NCBI GenBank assembly: GCA_943324565.2
Contig: CALPMC020000002.1
Location: 963 to 64,962 of the forward strand
Source of the DNA: Chitinophaga pinensis
GTDB lineage: Bacteria > Bacteroidota > Bacteroidia > Flavobacteriales_D > Crocinitomicaceae
Direction: 5' to 3'
Length of the DNA stretch: 64,000 bases
The position numbers were made by a program, and so were the translations under genes. Below are positions 7,225-16,430 of this stretch, in pieces; the stretch's first letter is position 1, and each line of letters starts with the position of its first letter. Under the pieces are notes generated by a model. It had not been told where the DNA came from. It did not search any database and worked only from the letters and a program-made list of their open reading frames with translations.

Positions 7225-9108
7225 TTGAGCTTTTTACATTTTAGATCGAGAACTCCTCGTTGGGTTATTATTTTTTTTGATTTGCTACTTGCAGCTTTTG
7301 CTTTAACGTTTGCATATTTAATTCGCTTCGACTTAAAAGCAGATAGTGCATCAATTCAAAAGGAATGGCTTATTTTGTCTAAATCAGTTTTATTTTATTT
7401 TAGCGTAAAGTTTATTGTTTTTTTCTTACTTAAAATACACAAAGGCCTAGTTCGCTACACATCAACTGAGGATTTAAAACGTTTATTTTTTGCAAGTTTA
7501 ATCTGTTCACTTATTTTTCTAGTAGGCGGATTAGTACGTTTTTATTATCTCGATCATTATTTTCTGTTTCCAATGTCAATCTTAGTAATGGAATTTTTGG
7601 TGAGCTTTGCCTTTGTAGTTGGAAGTCGCTTCATTGTAAAATTATTTTATCTAGAAACTATTAAGAATAAAAACGAAGAAGAAGGTGTGCTTATTTACGG
7701 TGCTGGCGTTTCAGGAATGGTAACCAAAAGAACAATTGAAAATGACACAAGAAATAATCAATTAATTATTGGTTTCTTGGATGATAATCCAAAGTTGAAA
7801 GGAACAAGAATTGAGGGTGTTAATGTATTTCATACAGATGAATTAGAAAAAATTGCCACTTCAAATCCGATTAAGACATTAATTATTGCCATTCAACAAC
7901 CTAATTTAGAAAAGCAAAAAAACATTATTGATCGCTGTTTAGAATTGAAAATAAGTATTCAAAAAGTGCCAAATTTAAAAAGCTGGGTAAATGGAGAATT
8001 TTCTGTAAAACAGTTTGCAAAAATCAACATTGAAGATTTATTAGGACGTTCACCAATTCTGCTTAATAATCAATCTATTCAAACGGAATTAAAAGATAAG
8101 GTTGTTTTAGTTACAGGTGCTGCAGGTTCGATTGGAAGTGGACTTGTGCGTGAAATAGCTAGTTTTAATCCTTCCCTTTTAATTTTAATTGATCAAGCAG
8201 AATCAGCACTTTATGATTTGCAAATCGAGTTATTGAAAGATTTTCCATCTTTGCATTTTGAATTTATTGTTGGGGATATTTGTAACGATAAACGAATGCA
8301 TAAAATTATCGCTCAGTTTCTTCCTCAAATTGTTTTTCATGCAGCTGCTTATAAACACGTGCCTTTAATGGAAGAAAATCCAGTGGAGGCAGTCTCAAAT
8401 AATGTTATTGGAACAAAGGTTATTGCAACTTTAGCGCATGATTTTAAAATTGATAAATTTGTAATGGTTTCCACAGATAAGGCAGTAAATCCAACGAATG
8501 TAATGGGAGCTTCAAAGCGCATCGCTGAATTACTCGTTCAATCGTTAAATTCAAAATCAGAAACGAAATTTATTACTACGCGTTTTGGAAATGTACTCGG
8601 ATCTAATGGTTCTGTGATTCCTCTTTTTCAAAAACAAATTGAAATGGGTGGACCAGTAACTGTAACGGACGAACGAATTACTCGTTTTTTCATGACAATT
8701 CCTGAGGCTTGTCAATTGGTTTTGGAGGCAGGAACTATGGGAAATGGAGGCGAAATTTACGTTTTTGACATGGGTGAATCAGTGAAAATTATTGATTTGG
8801 CAAAGAAAATGATTTCGCTCAATGGATTAGAATTAGATCAAGATATTGAAATTAAAGTGACAGGTTTACGACCAGGTGAAAAATTATATGAGGAATTACT
8901 TGCAAACGAGGAAAATACTTTGCCAACGCATCACTCTAAAATTTTGATCGCAAAAACCAGAGACTGTGACGAAAAACAAGTGGAACTTCTCGAAGAATTG
9001 ATAGCTTTGGTACCCCTTCAAAATAATGATTCTTTGGTACGGAAAATGAAGCAACTCTTAGTTGAATATAAAAGCAATAATTCCATTTTTGAAAAATTAG
9101 ACGAATGA
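7225..9108 (+). CDS. CapD/WbpM-like membrane-anchored polysaccharide biosynthesis protein (nucleotide-sugar 4,6-dehydratase family)
   Basis: N-terminal TM helices, a first Rossmann region (IYGAGVSG), a second one (VTGAAGSIGSGL), and an SDR catalytic region (STDKAVNPTNVMGASKR). TTG start as called. Confidence 0.85.
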   Translation: MSFLHFRSRTPRWVIIFFDLLLAAFALTFAYLIRFDLKADSASIQKEWLILSKSVLFYFSVKFIVFFLLKIHKGLVRYTSTEDLKRLFFASLICSLIFLVGGLVRFYYLDHYFLFPMSILVMEFLVSFAFVVGSRFIVKLFYLETIKNKNEEEGVLIYGAGVSGMVTKRTIENDTRNNQLIIGFLDDNPKLKGTRIEGVNVFHTDELEKIATSNPIKTLIIAIQQPNLEKQKNIIDRCLELKISIQKVPNLKSWVNGEFSVKQFAKINIEDLLGRSPILLNNQSIQTELKDKVVLVTGAAGSIGSGLVREIASFNPSLLILIDQAESALYDLQIELLKDFPSLHFEFIVGDICNDKRMHKIIAQFLPQIVFHAAAYKHVPLMEENPVEAVSNNVIGTKVIATLAHDFKIDKFVMVSTDKAVNPTNVMGASKRIAELLVQSLNSKSETKFITTRFGNVLGSNGSVIPLFQKQIEMGGPVTVTDERITRFFMTIPEACQLVLEAGTMGNGGEIYVFDMGESVKIIDLAKKMISLNGLELDQDIEIKVTGLRPGEKLYEELLANEENTLPTHHSKILIAKTRDCDEKQVELLEELIALVPLQNNDSLVRKMKQLLVEYKSNNSIFEKLDE

Positions 9109-9503
9109 TAAAACCCGCAAGAATTCAAGTAAGATTCTCAGACATTGACGTTATGGGACATGTAAATAACGCTGTATATTTGAGCTATTTTGAAATGACA
9201 CGTGTTCACTACTTCAAAGAGTTATTAGGTTTAGAATGGGATTGGAAATCTTACGGTATTTTATTAGTGAGAAATGAAATCGATTACATCAAACCAATTC
9301 TTATTCAGCACGTTCCAGAAATTTACATGTATTTTGAAGAAGCTGGTTCTAAAAGTATTCGATTGAGTTATGAAGTTAAAGTAGATGGAGAAATTTATAC
9401 TAAAGGCGTTTCTATAATGGTAAGTTTTGATTCACGAGTTGGAAAAACAACCATTATTCCTGATGAAATGAAAAAAGCACTTGAAACATTAAGAAAACCT
9501 TAA
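9105..9503 (+). CDS. Hotdog-fold acyl-CoA thioesterase (YbgC/4HBT-like)
   Basis: 132 aa. VRFSDIDVMGHVNNAVYLSYFE is the typical thioesterase N-terminus. Overlaps the upstream gene by 4 nt. Confidence 0.8.
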   Translation: MIKPARIQVRFSDIDVMGHVNNAVYLSYFEMTRVHYFKELLGLEWDWKSYGILLVRNEIDYIKPILIQHVPEIYMYFEEAGSKSIRLSYEVKVDGEIYTKGVSIMVSFDSRVGKTTIIPDEMKKALETLRKP

Positions 9504-9515
9504 TAAATAAAGAAA

Positions 9516-10568
9516 ATGAAAAACGTATTTTTTGTGTTATTTGTAGGGTTTTTCTATAATTCTCTATTCGCACAAACACCAATAGCTAATCCAACCAACG
9601 TACCTTGCTACAAAAAGAAAAAAATTTGCAATTATAAATTGGTAGCAAATTGTAACAACTTGGTGGCTTATGATGATCGCACGAATACTTATTTGTCTAA
9701 ATCTGATTACCAGTCACTTTATACAGGAAAATGTTCAGCATGCTACCGAAATGGAGTTTTGCAAGAACAAATAAATGTAGTTAATGGAAAGCGCGATAGT
9801 GAAAGTGACTCAGCATATTACGAATCAGGATGTTTGCAATCAAGACAAACCTATGTGCTTGGCAAATTGAATGGAACTAGTGTTTTTTACTTTGATAGTA
9901 CAGGAAGAAAAGAAATTGAAGTAACGCACAGTCTTGATAAATTGGATGGAAAATACATCCTTTTTGAAAATAACGCTAAAAGTGACACATTGAAACTTAT
10001 TACCTATAGGAACAACATTTACGATGGCCCACAGAAAGAGTATTTTGATAATTCAATATTGGCAAAAGTCGTTTATTATAAAAACGGGGTATTAAACGGA
10101 AAACACCAGACCTACAACGCTGATGGAAAGTTAGAAATCGATATGAATTATTCTGAGGGCAAAAAACATGGAACTTGGAAATTCTATTATCCAAATGGAA
10201 TGGAAGCCCACATTGAAAATTGGAATATGAATGTGAAAAATGGCGAATTTAAAACCTTAAATGAAAAAGGAGAGACAATTTCCCAAGAGTTTTTCAAAAA
10301 AGGAATTCCAGATGGTATACATACATTTAATTTCCCAAATGCAAGACCAAAGCACATCACAGTTTATGAAAAAGGGGAAATCGTTGAGGAAACTGAATTC
10401 GAAGAATTAACAGGAGCAAAGCATGTTATCAAAGAACGAGTGGACAAAAAAGCGGAGAAGGAAAAATCAAAAGCTGCGAAAAATACCACTGCAACAGATG
10501 ATGATCCTGATTTAATAAAAAGTGAACCGACAAAACCGAGTAAGAAAAAGAAGAAGAAAAAGAGTTAA
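9516..10568 (+). CDS. Secreted MORN-repeat (YwqK-like) protein with a lysine-rich tail
   Basis: Signal peptide. Repeated G.....Y..NG.L.G motifs (YKNGVLNGKHQTYNADGKL, EGKKHGTWKFYYPNG). C-terminus ends KPSKKKKKKKS. Confidence 0.65.
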   Translation: MKNVFFVLFVGFFYNSLFAQTPIANPTNVPCYKKKKICNYKLVANCNNLVAYDDRTNTYLSKSDYQSLYTGKCSACYRNGVLQEQINVVNGKRDSESDSAYYESGCLQSRQTYVLGKLNGTSVFYFDSTGRKEIEVTHSLDKLDGKYILFENNAKSDTLKLITYRNNIYDGPQKEYFDNSILAKVVYYKNGVLNGKHQTYNADGKLEIDMNYSEGKKHGTWKFYYPNGMEAHIENWNMNVKNGEFKTLNEKGETISQEFFKKGIPDGIHTFNFPNARPKHITVYEKGEIVEETEFEELTGAKHVIKERVDKKAEKEKSKAAKNTTATDDDPDLIKSEPTKPSKKKKKKKS

Positions 10569-10633
10569 AACTTAAGAGTTAAAAGATAAAAGATAAGAGT
10601 TAAAAGTGGAGAACTGAAAACTGAGAGTTGAAA
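10560..10633. repeat. Purine-rich short-period repeat (AAGAGTTAAAAG x3, then GAACTGAAAACTGAGAGTTGAAA)
   Basis: Direct reading. The first copy includes the stop codon of the 9516-10568 gene. Confidence 0.7.
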
Positions 10634-10660
10634 TTTTTTAGTTCGAAGTGAGATTCAAAT

Positions 10661-10695
10661 CTTCCCCCTTCGAAGGGGGATTGAGGGGGATGACC
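10661..10695 (+). repeat. G-rich box with GC hairpin: CTTCCCCCTTCGAAGGGGGATTGAGGGGGATGACC
   Basis: Contains an 18-nt perfect palindrome, TCCCCCTTCGAAGGGGGA (10663-10680), followed by TTGAGGGGGATGACC. Two related copies at 41989-42056. Confidence 0.75.
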
Positions 10696-10710
10696 TAATT
10701 GATTTAATAA

Positions 10711-10774
10711 CATTCCCTCCTAAAATCATTCCCTCATTAACTCATTCTCTCATAAAGTCATTCTCTCCTAAAAT
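10711..10774. repeat. 16-bp x 4 pyrimidine-rich tandem repeat (CATTCYCTCMTWAAVT)
   Basis: Units: 10711-10726 cattccctcctaaaat; 10727-10742 cattccctcattaact; 10743-10758 cattctctcataaagt; 10759-10774 cattctctcctaaaat. The array ends 8 nt before the ltaE ATG. Confidence 0.85.
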
Positions 10775-10782
10775 ATAAAAAA

Positions 10783-11799
10783 ATGATAGACCTAAGAAGC
10801 GATACCGTAACCAAGCCCTCAGTAGCAATGCTAGAAAACATGTTCTCAGCACCAGTTGGTGATGATGTATTTGGCGAAGACCCAACGATTAATGAATTAC
10901 AAGAATATTCGGCGCAACTCTTCGGAAAGGAAGCCGCTTTGTTTTGTGCATCAGGGACACAGACGAATCAAATTGCGATTAATGTGCACGTTCAGCCTGG
11001 AGCAGAAGTTATTTGTCATAAAGAAAGCCACGTTTTTAAGTATGAAGGAGGAGGAATTGCTCGGAATTCGGGTGCATCAATTCGGACGTTGGAAGGCGAT
11101 AGAGGGCGTTTGAAAGCAGCAGCTATCGAAGAATGGATTAACAATCCCGAGGATGTTCATTTTCCGTTGACGCAATTGGTTTCCATAGAAGACACTTCAA
11201 ACAGGGGAGGTGGAGCTATTTACGATTTTAACGACATCAAGGAAATCAAAGAAATGTGTAATCGCCACAATTTACCTTTGCATTTAGATGGAGCACGTTT
11301 GATGAATGCTTTAGTTGAAAATGGTATTGATTACAAGGAATACGCGGCTCAATTTGATTCGATTTCAATTTGTCTTTCCAAAGGTTTAGGTGCGCCAGTT
11401 GGTTCTTTACTGTTGGGGAATTCTGATTTCATTAAGAAAGCACGAAGAGTTCGAAAAGTTTTTGGTGGCGGAATGCGTCAAGCAGGAATCATTGCTGCGG
11501 GAGGTTTATACGCCTTAAAATACAATGTTGAAAAACTGAAAGAAGACCATTTGAAAGCCTTGCAACTAGAAATCGCATTATTGGAATGTGATTGGGTGGA
11601 TTCAGTGATGCCTGTTGAAACTAATATTGTTGTTGCAATCTTGAAAGACCCTACAAAGCGCGACTTGATTATTTCAAAATTGGCAGAAAAAGACATTAAA
11701 ATTATGGCATTTGGACCCGGAATGATTCGAATGGTGACGCATTTGGACGTTTCCTTAAATCAAATTGATGAAGTTTGCGATTCTTTAAAAAAGATTTGA
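10783..11799 (+). CDS. ltaE: Low-specificity L-threonine aldolase
   Basis: MIDLRSDTVTKPS start and PLP-dependent beta-eliminating lyase pattern (SICLSKGLGAPVGS lysine region). Confidence 0.9.
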   Translation: MIDLRSDTVTKPSVAMLENMFSAPVGDDVFGEDPTINELQEYSAQLFGKEAALFCASGTQTNQIAINVHVQPGAEVICHKESHVFKYEGGGIARNSGASIRTLEGDRGRLKAAAIEEWINNPEDVHFPLTQLVSIEDTSNRGGGAIYDFNDIKEIKEMCNRHNLPLHLDGARLMNALVENGIDYKEYAAQFDSISICLSKGLGAPVGSLLLGNSDFIKKARRVRKVFGGGMRQAGIIAAGGLYALKYNVEKLKEDHLKALQLEIALLECDWVDSVMPVETNIVVAILKDPTKRDLIISKLAEKDIKIMAFGPGMIRMVTHLDVSLNQIDEVCDSLKKI

Positions 11800-11853
11800 A
11801 TTACTGTTTTTCTCCTTTAATTGTAAGTATTTTAATCTTTTTTGAGTAAAACA

Positions 11854-12960
11854 TTACTTCTCAAGGATTACCGACCTTTTTGGATAAGGAATAATGATTT
11901 TATTTTCTCTGAATAATCGATCGATTTCCAAGCGAATTTCAGATTTGTAATTATTTATATCCCAGCTTTGGTCTGCCCAAAAAACTAATTCCATTTCTAA
12001 TCCCGATGTGCCAAAACTAGCTAATCGAACCAAAATTGGATGATTGGTTTTAACTTTTGGATGTGAAAGTGCTGCTTGCTTTAAAAGTCGTTGAATCAAT
12101 TCCGTATCCGTTCCATAGTCAACTGTAACATCAATAATAAAACGAGATAGCTCTGAACCATGACTCCAATTTTCAACTTGCTCTTGCGTGAGCCTCGTAT
12201 TTGGGATTATTAATACATTTCCATCTCGCGTTTGAATTTGCGTAGTTCGAACATTGATTTTTACAATTTTCGCAATGATGCTTTCATTACTTCCACTTTT
12301 ACCGGAAGAATTGATTTCTACGATATCTCCAACTCGAATATTGCCTTCAAACAAGAGAACAACTCCTGCAAACATATCCTTAAACACATCTTGCAATCCA
12401 AGTCCAATACCAACTAAAATTGCTGCAGAACCAGTTAAGAGAAGGGTTAAATCAATATTTAATATTTGAAAACAGAATAATATCGAAAAAACATAAATCA
12501 CATAGCGCGCAACTTGCATGTAAACATATTCTGTGGCTAAATCGTGACTTTCACTTTTTCTGAATTTTCTATTGAGGTAAAGACGTATAAGATTGACTAA
12601 AATTCGTGCACCAAAGAATACAGAAACAATAACTAAAATATCGTAAAATTCTAATTGAAAGGATTTTAAATTAATTATTTTGAAATCAAGGAAATCGCCA
12701 AATGTGATATTCTTATTGTTAAATTTAAAACTTAAAACACCAACATAAATTGCGAGTAGATAAACACTTTGACTGATTAATTTAAGCCATGTTAAACGAC
12801 GTCCTTGAAGGTTGATGTTAGCAGATTTCGCATAGTTTTTTAACAAGCGATGAACTACACGTCTCAGAATTGCTGCAATTAAAAAGATAATTGCTAGGAA
12901 AATAAGGTTCCAAAAACAAATATTAAAAGGTCCAATATTGAATAAAGTCGTGCTAAACAT
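11854..12960 (-). CDS. MscS-family mechanosensitive ion channel
   Basis: Multi-TM N-terminus, then the conserved MscS core (FKDMFAGVVLLFEGNIRVGDIVEI...IPNTRL). Confidence 0.85.
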   Translation of the reverse strand: MFSTTLFNIGPFNICFWNLIFLAIIFLIAAILRRVVHRLLKNYAKSANINLQGRRLTWLKLISQSVYLLAIYVGVLSFKFNNKNITFGDFLDFKIINLKSFQLEFYDILVIVSVFFGARILVNLIRLYLNRKFRKSESHDLATEYVYMQVARYVIYVFSILFCFQILNIDLTLLLTGSAAILVGIGLGLQDVFKDMFAGVVLLFEGNIRVGDIVEINSSGKSGSNESIIAKIVKINVRTTQIQTRDGNVLIIPNTRLTQEQVENWSHGSELSRFIIDVTVDYGTDTELIQRLLKQAALSHPKVKTNHPILVRLASFGTSGLEMELVFWADQSWDINNYKSEIRLEIDRLFRENKIIIPYPKRSVILEK

Positions 12961-12962
12961 AA

Positions 12963-14933
12963 TTATCTTAAAATTATTCGACCAAGTTTTTCGGAAAAGA
13001 CTTTCTTAACTCTTTCATAAGCCATTTGTTCGGAAAGCAACAATAACAAATCATCATCATTAAAAGTTTCTGTTGACAATCTTTTTTTCAGTTGTTTCAA
13101 ATGTAAATCAACTTTGTTGTATTTGAAATTGTAAACAGAGAAAATTACGGTTGAATATAAATCATCACTTTCTAACCGGGTGAAAATATTGTGTTTATTA
13201 ACCCAATTATTACTTAATTCTTGTTCATTAGATTCAATATCGCTTACAAAACTTACAATTTCTTGATCTTCGTGACGTAAAAAATAAGAAGAGGAGTAAA
13301 GAGTGTTTTCGCTCAACCCTTCGACAAATTTAGAAAAAATCTTAGCAAACAATGGAAAATCAAAATTTAACTCATCTTTAAACAATTCTTCATGGATGAA
13401 TTCAATTACACTTGTTTTGCTTTTTTCATTATCAACAGCATTTGGAATATGAACTTCACGAATTCCATATTTTAACAGTAAACGAATCAATTCTTTTTCA
13501 AATAAAAAATTGCTATCGTTTTCATTTTGAATCAGTTCTGTTGTTTTGGTTAAATCAACAGATTTAATATTTTGAGGTAATGGGACTTCCCGTAATTCAG
13601 GTTCTTGAATTTGTTTAGCAATTACATTTTTTCGTAAACGCATCAACTCATTGCTAATAATTGTTTCACTTATATCAAATTGTCGAGCGATTTCTTGCAC
13701 GTAAACAGAACGTGTAATTTGGTCAGGAATCAAAGATACTGAGTGCACTATTTCCTTAATTAATTCTGATTTTTTTAAAGGATCTGTTTCTCCTTCTTTT
13801 AATAAAATCGAAGCTTTGAAAGTAATGAAATCCTGTTTGTTTGATTTAATAAAGTTTTCCAGTTCTGTTGTGCTCGTTTTTTTAGCGAAAGAATCTGGAT
13901 CTTCACCATCGGGAAAAAGCACAACTTTTACATTCATGCCTTCTTCCAAAATTAAATCAATACCTCTAAAACTTGCTTTAATTCCTGCAGCATCTCCATC
14001 ATATAAGATTGTCAAGTTATGTGTGTAGCGTTTCACCAACTTGACTTGTTCCTTTGTCAAAGAAGTTCCAGAGGAGGAAACCACATTTTGAATTCCTGAT
14101 TGGTGCATGGAAATTACGTCGGTGTATCCCTCGCAAAGCAAGCATTCGTCGTATTTTACGATATCTCCTTTGGCAAAAAACAAACCATAAAGTATTTCAC
14201 TTTTGTTGTAAATAATACTTTCAGGTGAGTTGAAATATTTCGCAATTTTCTTGTCAGTGAAAAGTGTTCGACCGCCAAATCCTAAAACTCTACCAGAAAT
14301 ACTGTGAATAGGAAACATAACCCTTCCACGGAAAAAATCAAAGTTTCGTTCGTCTTTTGTTTTAACTAAACCTACGTTTTGTAAATATTCTAATTTATAA
14401 CCTTTTGCAAGTGCAGCTTTAGTGAAATCGTCGCTTACATTAATACTATAACCCAATTGAAAACGCTCGATTATATCTTTTCGGAAACCTCTTTCTTCAA
14501 AGTAAGTGATTCCAATTGCTTTCCCTTCCTCGCTTTCGTGCAGATTTTGCATAAAATGATTCTTCGCAAATTCATTGATGATGTAAAGTGAATCGCGTTC
14601 AGATTTTACAGCTAATTCGTCAGCAGTTGGAGCAGTTTCCTCAGGAATTTGAACATTGTATTTGTCTGCCAGCCATCGCAATGCCTCCGGGTAAGAAAAA
14701 TGTTCTTTCTCCATCAAAAAAGTCACCACAGAACCACCTTTTCCAGTTGAGAAACATTTGAAAATTTGTTTGGCAGGCGAAACCACAAAAGAAGGTGTTT
14801 TTTCATCTGTAAATGGACTTAATCCTTTCAGATTGGAACCTGCACGTTTAAGACTTACAAATTCTCCAATAACCTCCTCAATGCGAGCGGTTTGGATAAT
14901 TTCATCAATTGTATGACTGGGTATTTTACTCAT
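12963..14933 (-). CDS. dnaG: DNA primase
   Basis: Primase zinc-binding-region pattern (CFSTGKGGSVVTFLM), TOPRIM region (LCEGYTDVISMHQSG...LYDGDAAG). ATGA overlap with the upstream gene. Confidence 0.95.
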   Translation of the reverse strand: MSKIPSHTIDEIIQTARIEEVIGEFVSLKRAGSNLKGLSPFTDEKTPSFVVSPAKQIFKCFSTGKGGSVVTFLMEKEHFSYPEALRWLADKYNVQIPEETAPTADELAVKSERDSLYIINEFAKNHFMQNLHESEEGKAIGITYFEERGFRKDIIERFQLGYSINVSDDFTKAALAKGYKLEYLQNVGLVKTKDERNFDFFRGRVMFPIHSISGRVLGFGGRTLFTDKKIAKYFNSPESIIYNKSEILYGLFFAKGDIVKYDECLLCEGYTDVISMHQSGIQNVVSSSGTSLTKEQVKLVKRYTHNLTILYDGDAAGIKASFRGIDLILEEGMNVKVVLFPDGEDPDSFAKKTSTTELENFIKSNKQDFITFKASILLKEGETDPLKKSELIKEIVHSVSLIPDQITRSVYVQEIARQFDISETIISNELMRLRKNVIAKQIQEPELREVPLPQNIKSVDLTKTTELIQNENDSNFLFEKELIRLLLKYGIREVHIPNAVDNEKSKTSVIEFIHEELFKDELNFDFPLFAKIFSKFVEGLSENTLYSSSYFLRHEDQEIVSFVSDIESNEQELSNNWVNKHNIFTRLESDDLYSTVIFSVYNFKYNKVDLHLKQLKKRLSTETFNDDDLLLLLSEQMAYERVKKVFSEKLGRIILR

Positions 14934-15340
14934 TCCTCAGGATAACCAAAGTCTTTTTCAGTGACTAATTTACCTTTTTCATCGTAGGTTTTCCAAATAC
15001 CAACAGTTTTATCATTTTTATATTCTCCGGTGTAGTGAATAGCGCCGTTCGGATATTTTACAATCGTAAAACCTTCTCTTTTTCCATTTTCATAAACCGT
15101 CATTGAAAGTTCATTTCCCGATTCTGAATAAAAATTCCATTTCCCATTTCTATCACCTTTTTTAGTCAACATTCCTTGAAACTTAATTTGTTTTTTGCCA
15201 GGATACCATTCGGTGAAACGTCCGTTTTTTATTTCGGTAAGTTTTTCAGTTTTTGGTATTTTAGTTGTTTCTTCTACTTTTTTATCTGTACAAGAAACAG
15301 CAATGAAAAGTAATAAAAATGTAAAAAGTGCAAGTTTCAT
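14930..15340 (-). CDS. Small MORN-repeat (YwqK-like) lipoprotein
   Basis: Lipobox-like FIAVSC; motifs GDRNGKWNFYSESG, NGKREGFTIVKYPNG and NDKTVGIWKTYDEKG. Confidence 0.6.
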   Translation of the reverse strand: MKLALFTFLLLFIAVSCTDKKVEETTKIPKTEKLTEIKNGRFTEWYPGKKQIKFQGMLTKKGDRNGKWNFYSESGNELSMTVYENGKREGFTIVKYPNGAIHYTGEYKNDKTVGIWKTYDEKGKLVTEKDFGYPEE

Positions 15341-15342
15341 AT

Positions 15343-16314
15343 TTATTTATCTCTGTTAATGGTGTAATGAACTAATCCAATTAAAGAACGTTTTGCAGCG
15401 CTTTCTGGGAGTGGTTTTATAATTTCTAAGGCTTCGTTTGCAAGTTCTGTCATTCGTTTGTGTGCATATTCAATTCCTCCATTATTAATAACTAATTGAA
15501 TTGCTGTTTTAATTTTCTTCGATTCTTCGTTGTGATTCTTTACAATATCAATTAACTCCGAACGATCTTCCTTTGAACCATGATTGATTGTGTAAATAAT
15601 TGGCAAAGTCATTTTTTGCTCTCGAATGTCATTTCCAGTTGGTTTACCAATTTTCCCAGGACTACCAAAGTCAAAAATGTCATCCTTAATTTGAAAAGCT
15701 AATCCAACCAATTCGCCGAATTTACGCATATTTTCTCGTTGATTGGTTGCACCAACACTAATTGCACCAGCTTCACAACAAGTAGCAATCAAAGAGGCTG
15801 TTTTTTTACGTATTACTTCAAAATAAATTTCTTCTGTGATATCTAAATGACGTGCTTTTTCAATTTGCAGTAATTCTCCTTCGCTCATTTCACGCACGGA
15901 TCTTGCAACGACACCTAATAATTCAGTATTATTTTTCTCAATTGAAAGCAATAAAATACGTGATAACATATAGTCGCCAACCAAAACGGCGATTTTGTTT
16001 TTCCAAAGTGCATTTACAGAAAAAAAGCCTCGTCGTTCATTTGCATCGTCGACTACATCATCGTGAACTAAAGTTGCTGTGTGTAACAATTCCACTAAAG
16101 AGGCAGCGTCAAATGTTGTAACATTGCTTTCTCCTAGCATTTTAGCAGTTAGAAAGACAAACATTGGACGCATTTGTTTCCCTTTTCTTTTGACAATGTA
16201 TTGAGTAACTTTATCGAGAAGCGGGACATCAGAACGCATGGTATTTTTGAAATATTCCTCAAACTGTGAGAGTTCCGATTCAATGGGTGCCATTATGTCC
16301 TTTACTGTTTGCAT
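15343..16314 (-). CDS. Polyprenyl diphosphate synthase (IspB-like)
   Basis: Both DDxxD motifs present (LVHDDVVDD, FQIKDDIFDF). I prefer ATG 16314 because the TATATTTG box at 16319-16326 lies 4 nt upstream. Confidence 0.9.
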   Translation of the reverse strand: MQTVKDIMAPIESELSQFEEYFKNTMRSDVPLLDKVTQYIVKRKGKQMRPMFVFLTAKMLGESNVTTFDAASLVELLHTATLVHDDVVDDANERRGFFSVNALWKNKIAVLVGDYMLSRILLLSIEKNNTELLGVVARSVREMSEGELLQIEKARHLDITEEIYFEVIRKKTASLIATCCEAGAISVGATNQRENMRKFGELVGLAFQIKDDIFDFGSPGKIGKPTGNDIREQKMTLPIIYTINHGSKEDRSELIDIVKNHNEESKKIKTAIQLVINNGGIEYAHKRMTELANEALEIIKPLPESAAKRSLIGLVHYTINRDK

Positions 16315-16318
16315 CACG

Positions 16319-16326
16319 CAAATATA
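16319..16326 (-). promoter_or_regulatory. -7 promoter box TATATTTG (minus strand)
   Basis: Plus strand reads CAAATATA. 4-nt gap to the ATG at 16314, which implies a leaderless or near-leaderless mRNA. Confidence 0.45.
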
Positions 16327-16430
16327 AGGATTAGATAAAGTGAAAAATCACAATTAAGGATAAAATCTAATAAAGAAGTATTTCCCTAATTAGATGAGGA
16401 AAATATATTTAAAACAAAGTATTTTTTTTA

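Noticed and set aside
9516-10568. YwqK-like MORN proteins (9516-10568 and 14930-15340) as antitoxin components of toxin-antitoxin or polymorphic-toxin systems
   Set aside because: Both have signal peptides or lipoboxes, and there is no adjacent toxin-like gene; the neighbours are a thioesterase, ltaE, ispB and dnaG. MORN/YwqK repeats are common in ordinary Bacteroidota lipoproteins.
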